Assembly: GCA_963780225.1 (NCBI GenBank)
Contig: CAWAAX010000026.1
Location: forward strand, 128,001-192,000
DNA: 64,000 nucleotides
Origin: an uncultured bacterium
Lineage (GTDB): Bacteria > Edwardsbacteria > AC1 > EtOH8
Reading direction: 5' to 3'
Under the pieces are notes generated by a model. The model made no database searches, was not told the origin of the DNA, and worked only from the letters and a program-made list of their open reading frames with translations. The position numbers and the translations under genes are program-made. Each line of letters opens with the position of its first letter. The first letter of the stretch is position 1. Of this stretch, positions 58,228 through 64,000 are shown one piece after another.

Positions 58228-59364
58228 ATGGCGGATCAGTTCACCGAGACAGTCACCACCGGGTGGGGCAAAAGGATCATGAACTCCTTCATGGGAGTGC
58301 TGATAGGCATCCTGCTGTTCTTCTTCTCCTTCGTGGTCCTGTGGAAGACCGAGGGCCGCACCAACTACGCCAAGATCGCCGCCAAGGCGGTGGCCCTGTC
58401 CACGCAGTCCGTGGACCAGAACGGCCAGGACAGGCTGGTCTCGGCCACCGGGCCGCTGGAGACCCCGGATTCGGTGGGCGACCAGGAGTTCATCCGGCCC
58501 GGCAATTACATCATGCTGCAGCGGACGGTGGAGATGTACGCCTGGCGGGAGCGCTCCAGCTCCAAATCCAAGAAGAACATGGGCGGCAGCGAGACCACCA
58601 CCACCACTTACACCTACGAAAAAGAATGGACCTCCAACCCCGAGAACTCGACCGAGTTCAAGAAGCCGGAGGGCCACGCCAATCCCGGACTGAACACTCC
58701 GGAAAAGGAATTTTACGCCGCCCACGCCAACCTGGGCGCCTATGAACTGGATGTCCAGAACATGCGGCTGCCGGATGCCCAGAAGCTGGAGATCGGGCAG
58801 AACGACCTGTCCTCAAACCTGACGGCAGACTTCAAGCTGGTCCAGGGATATCTTTTCAAAGGAATGGGCACCTTTTCCGAGCCTGAGGTGGGCGATGTCC
58901 GGGTCAGCTTCGGGGCCATCCTCTCCGGCAGAAAAATGACGGTCTTCGGCAAACTGATAGGCGGCGCCATAGAGCCGTTCCTTATAAACGGCGACACCAA
59001 GTTCTACCGGGCCATTCCAGGGACCAGGGACGAGGCCATAGCCCAGCTTAAGTCTGAGTACAAGATGACCGGATGGATCGGCCGGATCATCGGCTTTTTG
59101 ATGATGTGGATAGGGATGCTGATGCTGCTGGGCCCGCTGCACACCGTGCTGGACGTCCTGCCGTTCCTGGGCACCGCCAGCCGCTTCGTGGTGGGGCTGA
59201 TGACATTTCCCATCGCCCTGGTGCTATCGCTGGTCACCATCATTGTTTCCATGATCGCCCATAATATCATCGCCCTGGTGATCGTGCTGGCGCTGGTGAT
59301 CGGGGGGATATTGTTCCTGCTGCGAAAGAAGAAACAGGCGTTAGCACAGGCTGCAGCCAAATAG
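58228..59364 (+). CDS. TMEM43 (LUMA)-family membrane protein
   Basis: N-terminal TM then EGR, R.VEMYAW.E, Y.Y.KEW, S.EF....GH.NP, P.VGDVRVSF, C-terminal TM bundle. Confidence 0.85.
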   Translation: MADQFTETVTTGWGKRIMNSFMGVLIGILLFFFSFVVLWKTEGRTNYAKIAAKAVALSTQSVDQNGQDRLVSATGPLETPDSVGDQEFIRPGNYIMLQRTVEMYAWRERSSSKSKKNMGGSETTTTTYTYEKEWTSNPENSTEFKKPEGHANPGLNTPEKEFYAAHANLGAYELDVQNMRLPDAQKLEIGQNDLSSNLTADFKLVQGYLFKGMGTFSEPEVGDVRVSFGAILSGRKMTVFGKLIGGAIEPFLINGDTKFYRAIPGTRDEAIAQLKSEYKMTGWIGRIIGFLMMWIGMLMLLGPLHTVLDVLPFLGTASRFVVGLMTFPIALVLSLVTIIVSMIAHNIIALVIVLALVIGGILFLLRKKKQALAQAAAK

Positions 59365-59383
59365 CAAGAATAGTTTGGGAAAC

Positions 59384-59447
59384 AAAATAGCCCCCGCCGT
59401 CCGACTACGCACAAGGCTTCGTCGGATAAATAGGCGGGGGCTATTTT
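59384..59447. terminator. Bidirectional terminator hairpin with a palindromic element inserted in its loop
   Basis: AAAATAGCCCCCGCC...GGCGGGGGCTATTTT enclosing TCCGAC-N15-GTCGGA-TAAATA. Confidence 0.7.
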
Positions 59448-59463
59448 GCGTTAACAAGAGATC

Positions 59464-59634
59464 GGGGGACTTCGATACGGGCTTTGCGCCCTACTCAGTC
59501 CCCGGCAAGCATAACCTCTGGTGGCTGAGCAGCCGCGTCCGGGAAGTGTAAGGCCAGGTGGCTGAGTAACCACGCCCGGCAAGTGTAAGGCCAGGTGGCT
59601 GAGTAGCCGCGCCCGGCGGCGTATCGAAGCCACC
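59464..59634. repeat. TTCGA..CTCAG REP-like cluster with a 37-bp tandem triplication
   Basis: GGGACTTCGATAC-hairpin-TACTCAGTCCC; GGTGGCTGAG units at 59520, 59557, 59594, ending in GTATCGAAGCCACC. Confidence 0.75.
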
Positions 59635-59636
59635 AC

Positions 59637-60353
59637 TCAAAACACCCGTTCCACTTCACCCTTCCTAACCCATCCCCCGATGCCCCCGGGCAGCTGGATC
59701 AGCAGGTAATCGCCCCTGGTCTCCTTTATCTGTCCCTCGGTGCCGTCGTGGACCAGGATGATCTGCTTGTACTCCGGGCCCGGTCCGCTCAAGGCGCTGA
59801 CCTCGGCGGCGGTGATCACCACCGGGAGCTGCTGCCGCTCGTTCCTCCAGGTTAAAAGGTCGGCCAGGAAAAAGATGAAAACCAAAACCCAGAAAGCGGA
59901 GATGTAAACATAAGCCTTTTTGCCGTAGATCACGAACAGGGCCAGCATCAAAGAGCCAAGCCCAAAGCATATCATGGCCATCAGAGCGGCTTCGCGCTCC
60001 GGGAAAAAGTGGAACAGGTCGTAAAGGAGCCTGGAAAAAGGGTCGGGTACGGTCAATATCTTGTCGGCCCGGTAACTGCGGACGAATTCCAAGTTGGCCC
60101 GGATGTCCCTGTCCCGGGGGCTCAGATACTGGGCCCGGCGGTAGCTGGCCACGGCCTGCCCGGTCCGGCCGCCCTTGAAATAGGCGTTACCCAGGTTATA
60201 CAGCACGGCGGCATCGGGCACGGCCTGCAGGGCTTGCTGGTAGGCGGCCACGGCCTGTGGATAGTCGTTCTGGGAATAGTACTTATTGCCCTGGTTGTAC
60301 GAATCAGCCGGGCTCAAGGCTATTGTGATATAAAGTAATAGATGGGTCAGCAT
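59637..60353 (-). CDS. batE: BatE-like TPR/SH3 protein
   Basis: YNLGNAYFK TPR, two TM helices, C-terminal SH3-like GPG....VHDGTE...GWV; operon position. Confidence 0.8.
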   Translation of the reverse strand: MLTHLLLYITIALSPADSYNQGNKYYSQNDYPQAVAAYQQALQAVPDAAVLYNLGNAYFKGGRTGQAVASYRRAQYLSPRDRDIRANLEFVRSYRADKILTVPDPFSRLLYDLFHFFPEREAALMAMICFGLGSLMLALFVIYGKKAYVYISAFWVLVFIFFLADLLTWRNERQQLPVVITAAEVSALSGPGPEYKQIILVHDGTEGQIKETRGDYLLIQLPGGIGGWVRKGEVERVF

Positions 60354-60377
60354 GATATCAAAAGATTAAATTGGGGG

Positions 60378-62165
60378 CTATAGTTGGCTCAGGATCTCCC
60401 GGGACCTTTCGAACAGCTCCCGGGGCGTTTTGTATGCGGCCTGTCCCGGAGAGAACCGGGCGATGTCGCATTGCTCGATTATCTCAATGATCTTGTCCAC
60501 CAGCCCGGGCGCCAGGCTCAGTTCCAGCAGCCCGGCCTTAAGCTGGTCCTTGGAGAGGGCCTGGGTGTCCAGGTTGTAGCGGTCGCCCACATATCCCAGC
60601 ACCGCCTGGAAAAGCACGGCGTAAAACTCCTGGCGGGGATCGTCCTGCAGAAGCTTTTCGGCGGCCTTCAGCCTCTTTTTTACCAGGGCCCCGGATTTAT
60701 ATTTGCGGGCGTAGCCCCGGTCGCTGTCCAATTTATTGCGGTGGGCGCGGTAGAAGAATGAGGCACCCAATACAGCCAACGACAGCAGATAGCCCGATCC
60801 CAGCAACCACCATGGCATCTGAGCGACTGGTCTGATCTCCGTCCTGTCCGGCTTGATGTAATTGATGTCGGTGCCCAGCACCTTCAGGCCGGTGGCCTCC
60901 ACCAGCGGGGCGTTTGGGGTGCAGCCGGTGGCGGTGCATTCCAGCACTTTGGACTGCAGGGTGTGGTAGCTTTTGTCGCCGGGATCAAAGTAGGCCATCT
61001 TGATCACAGGCAGGACGTACTTGCCGTCGGCCTGGGGGATGACAGGGTAGCGGAAGGTCTTGGAGCCTTTGATGACATCGCCCGAGGTCTGGACCTGGTC
61101 CTTGATCTCGGGGTCAAGGATCTTCAGTCCCGTGATGGCCGGAATGACTGGTTTCTCGATCAACCGGATGTTCCCGGTGCCGGAGATCTTGATGGTCAGA
61201 TTGATGGGCTCGCTGCCGGTGGTGGAGTCCCGGTCCAGCTCAGCGGTCATGGTGAACCTGCCCACCCCGCCGGTGAATTCCGCTGGCTTGCCGCTCTCCG
61301 GCAAAGGCAGCACGGTCAAGAGCAGGGGTTTGGATTCCACCTTGACGTTCTGGGTGGATCCAAAAAAGTCAAATATGTCCCGGGAGCGCTGGACTATCTC
61401 CACATTCAGCGCCATGGGTTTTACCTCCAGCTTTCCGCTGGACATGGGGAACAGGGCCACCTTCTTCAGCAGGAAAACGTCGAACTGTTTGCCGTCCACC
61501 GTCTGGCGCTTGAACTCTATCTTCTGGGCGTCGTAGATCTTTTCGGTCCAGAAACCGCTGAAGGAAGGCTGTTCGGCCAGGTTCAGGCCGTTGATCTGAA
61601 AACGGTTGTAAAGGACGAATTCGGCGTTGATCTGCTCGCCCAGATAGACGGTCTTCTTGTCGCAGTGGGCCAAAAGATAAAGGTTCCCGTCCAGCGGTAT
61701 CCGTCCCTGCGGGGTTTGAGGGTTTTGTCCCGCCTGCTGTCTGGGCTGGTTTGCCTGGGCGGTCTTGGTTACCTCGATGCTGATGGGCTGACTCTGGTAT
61801 TCCTGGCCTTCGTAGTTAATTTTGCAGGCGCCGATGGTCAGCTGGCCGGCCTTTTTGGCGCTGAGGTAGTAGACGAAGTTGACGGTGGCCTGCTTTTTCA
61901 TGCTGCCGTTGATGATCGAGATGCTGGTGGACTGCGAGGATGAATTGCCCAGCAGGTTGAAATCCGGCAGGTCGGGCAGCTGGGGCTTGGGCGCCGTGGC
62001 CATGCCCTCGCCCTGGACGGTGACAGTCAGGGTGAACTGCTCTCCCAAGCCCACCGTGCTCTGGTCCACCGAGGCGCTGAAATCAATGCTGGCAGCCAAC
62101 AGCAAACCGGGCAGGGCAAGCACTGCAGCCGAAACATAAAAATATTTTAAAAATCTGTCAAACAA
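60378..62165 (-). CDS. batD: BatD-family protein
   Basis: ASVD...LGEQFTL, SSSQSTSISIINGS, F.G.VG.F, G.GN, ARFSP. Confidence 0.85.
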   Translation of the reverse strand: MFDRFLKYFYVSAAVLALPGLLLAASIDFSASVDQSTVGLGEQFTLTVTVQGEGMATAPKPQLPDLPDFNLLGNSSSQSTSISIINGSMKKQATVNFVYYLSAKKAGQLTIGACKINYEGQEYQSQPISIEVTKTAQANQPRQQAGQNPQTPQGRIPLDGNLYLLAHCDKKTVYLGEQINAEFVLYNRFQINGLNLAEQPSFSGFWTEKIYDAQKIEFKRQTVDGKQFDVFLLKKVALFPMSSGKLEVKPMALNVEIVQRSRDIFDFFGSTQNVKVESKPLLLTVLPLPESGKPAEFTGGVGRFTMTAELDRDSTTGSEPINLTIKISGTGNIRLIEKPVIPAITGLKILDPEIKDQVQTSGDVIKGSKTFRYPVIPQADGKYVLPVIKMAYFDPGDKSYHTLQSKVLECTATGCTPNAPLVEATGLKVLGTDINYIKPDRTEIRPVAQMPWWLLGSGYLLSLAVLGASFFYRAHRNKLDSDRGYARKYKSGALVKKRLKAAEKLLQDDPRQEFYAVLFQAVLGYVGDRYNLDTQALSKDQLKAGLLELSLAPGLVDKIIEIIEQCDIARFSPGQAAYKTPRELFERSREILSQL

Positions 62166-62272
62166 AAGTGTTTACTGTTAAAAGTTTGGTGTTTGGAGTT
62201 TGTAAGCTATCGAGTAAATCATCGGGCAGGTGGTACCCAAATCCCTCATATCAAATCACAGACCACAAATGG

Positions 62273-63940
62273 TTACCAGTCCTTGTCTCCTTTGTTCTGG
62301 TCCTGCGGCCTTTCCTTCTGCTTCTTCATGTTCTCCTTTTCCTTGTTCTGCAGGGCCTGAAGCATGCGGTCGGCGTCGTCCTTGTTGATCTGTCCCTTTT
62401 GGGGCTGGGGTTTGGGCTGCTGCTGTTGCTGGGGCTGTTGTTTCTGCTGCTGCTGGCTTTGCTGTTGGTCCTGTTTGGTGGAATCGCTTTTGGACTCCTC
62501 TTTTTTCTTCCAACAAAATTCCAGGTTCTGCTTGGCCTGCCGGTCGCCGGGATCCATCACCAGGGCGGCGGTGTATGATCCGATGGCCTCGTCTAGCTTC
62601 TGCTCCTTGAACTGGCAGTTGCCGATGTTGTACAGGGTCCGGGCCTGCAGTTTCTTGTCCTTGGTCAGCAGGGACAGCTGGAACTCGGAAACGGCCTCGG
62701 GATATTTGTTCAGTTTGTAGAGCGCCCGGCCGATGTTATAGTGTATCTTAACATTATCCGGCTCAAAAACCAAGGCCTCCTGGTATTTTTTAAGGGCTTC
62801 CTCGTAATTGCCCTTTTTGTAGGCCTTGTTGCCGGAGCGCATTTCGGAGCCGATGCCGGCCTCTGCGACTGCAGAGTGCAGAAGGCAGAAGGCAAAAATC
62901 AGAATTGTAAATTTGAAACGAGATAGCTTTAGTTCAGGGAACCATTTTCCCCGCCGGTCGCTGATGAATATCCCGGCTATGATGAATATGAAGGCCGCCA
63001 GCAAAAAGTACTGATAGCGTTCCTGGTACTGCACAAAATCTCCCCCGCCGATGTCCTTCTTCTTCAGCTGGTCCAGCGACAACAGCAGGGCGTCCAGGTT
63101 AAGGGCCTGGCTCCGGAAATAGCGGCCGCCTGAGGCCTTGGCCATCACCAGCAGCAGGCGCTCGGCCAGCCGGGAGACCACCACCTTGTCCTCCTTGTCC
63201 TTCTTGTAGGAAACACCGTAGCCGCTCTGGTCGCTCTCCGGTATGGTGGAGCCCTCCAAAGTGCCCACCCCCACCGCGTAGATCCGGATGCCCTGCTCGG
63301 CCGCCAGCTTGGCCGCCTGCATGGGGTCGCCCTCCAGGTTGTCGCCGTCGGTGATCAGCACCAGGGCCTTTGAGGCATTCTCCTTGGCTTCGAACAGGGT
63401 GGAGGAGACCTCGATGGCCCGCTGGATGTTGGTGCCGGGCTTGGGAATGTTGCCGGGCTCGATGATGTCCAAGAACATCTTGGCGGCGTCCACATCCGTT
63501 GTCAGCGGGCACATCACGTAGCAGTCGCCGGCAAAGGCGGTGATGCCCACCTGGTTGGCGCTAAGGTTGTCCAGCAGCGAGGACACTTCCACCTTGGCCC
63601 GCTCCAGCCGGCTGGGCTGGATGTCTCCGGCCAGCATGCTCTTGGAGGCGTCCAGGGCGATCACCACGTCAATGCCCCGGCCCTTGTAGCTCTGCAGCTT
63701 TTCCCCCCACTGGGGCCGGGCCGCGGCCAGGATCAAAAAGAAGAGGCCGGCAAGCAGCAGCGCCGACTTGGCAAAGGCCAGCCTGCCGCTGTAATTGGCG
63801 CTGATCCTGTTCAGCATCTCCCGGTCGGCCAGCTTTTGACCGGCCCGGGCCTTAAGCCAGCGACCCCACAGCAGGGCCAGCACCATCAGGGGCAGGGCCA
63901 GCAGTAGGTAAAGATATTGCGGTTGGGCCCACTTGATCAT
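62273..63940 (-). CDS. BatB (VWA)-BatC (TPR) fusion protein
   Basis: LAAARPQWG, DASKSM, PSRL, PLTTD, ITDG, GVGT; then TPRs (YNIG) and a Q-rich tail ending KDW. Confidence 0.85.
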   Translation of the reverse strand: MIKWAQPQYLYLLLALPLMVLALLWGRWLKARAGQKLADREMLNRISANYSGRLAFAKSALLLAGLFFLILAAARPQWGEKLQSYKGRGIDVVIALDASKSMLAGDIQPSRLERAKVEVSSLLDNLSANQVGITAFAGDCYVMCPLTTDVDAAKMFLDIIEPGNIPKPGTNIQRAIEVSSTLFEAKENASKALVLITDGDNLEGDPMQAAKLAAEQGIRIYAVGVGTLEGSTIPESDQSGYGVSYKKDKEDKVVVSRLAERLLLVMAKASGGRYFRSQALNLDALLLSLDQLKKKDIGGGDFVQYQERYQYFLLAAFIFIIAGIFISDRRGKWFPELKLSRFKFTILIFAFCLLHSAVAEAGIGSEMRSGNKAYKKGNYEEALKKYQEALVFEPDNVKIHYNIGRALYKLNKYPEAVSEFQLSLLTKDKKLQARTLYNIGNCQFKEQKLDEAIGSYTAALVMDPGDRQAKQNLEFCWKKKEESKSDSTKQDQQQSQQQQKQQPQQQQQPKPQPQKGQINKDDADRMLQALQNKEKENMKKQKERPQDQNKGDKDW

Positions 63941-64000
63941 GGCAGCCTCCGGGCCACGGTCAGCGACAGGGCCATTGTCAAAAGCATCAGGAACAGGGCC
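63937..64000 (-). CDS. 3' end of a probable BatA (VWA) gene
   Basis: Minus-strand ALFLMLLTMALSLTVARRLP*; stop overlaps the batB ATG (ATGA). Confidence 0.6.
   Translation of the reverse strand, partial: ALFLMLLTMALSLTVARRLP

Noticed and set aside
59520..59634. Three 37-bp-period repeats as a CRISPR array
   Set aside because: The units are near-identical along their whole length (no unique spacers), there are no cas genes, and they belong to the CTGAG..TCGAA REP family.

Overview
64 kb of chromosome from a GC-rich, apparently anaerobic, amino-acid-fermenting bacterium. The FlgD-Ig/T9SS-like C-terminal domains and a Bat operon suggest an FCB-related or candidate lineage (inference). The GC-rich core encodes a LarA-family racemase, glutamate dehydrogenase, asparaginase, a GlcD-like oxidase, Rex, LpdA, a PAS-GGDEF-HD-GYP protein, two class-III aminotransferases, IorAB, EndoQ, MnmA, AsmA, MscL, PIN-PhoH, a NuoE/NuoF/GltD-FdhA (Stn-type transhydrogenase) cluster, a YfbK-like VWA protein, NadE, a TMEM43 homolog and BatA-E. 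It also carries tRNA-Glu(CTC) and tRNA-Gln(CTG). AT-richer patches carry secreted proteins, a MazEF pair, an S41 peptidase and a HEPN-like partial ORF. Many intergenic spaces hold short palindromic or periodic repeat elements of several distinct families. The most striking locus is 39.55-40.43 kb. There a minimal GIY-YIG nuclease sits between duplicated tRNA-Gln sequences, and three extra tRNA T-arms are interrupted exactly at TTC^GAA by ~39-nt units with constant 6-bp ends (YCCGCC...GGCGGR) and variable ~27-nt interiors. Six single-site frameshifts in otherwise intact genes most likely reflect assembly errors.
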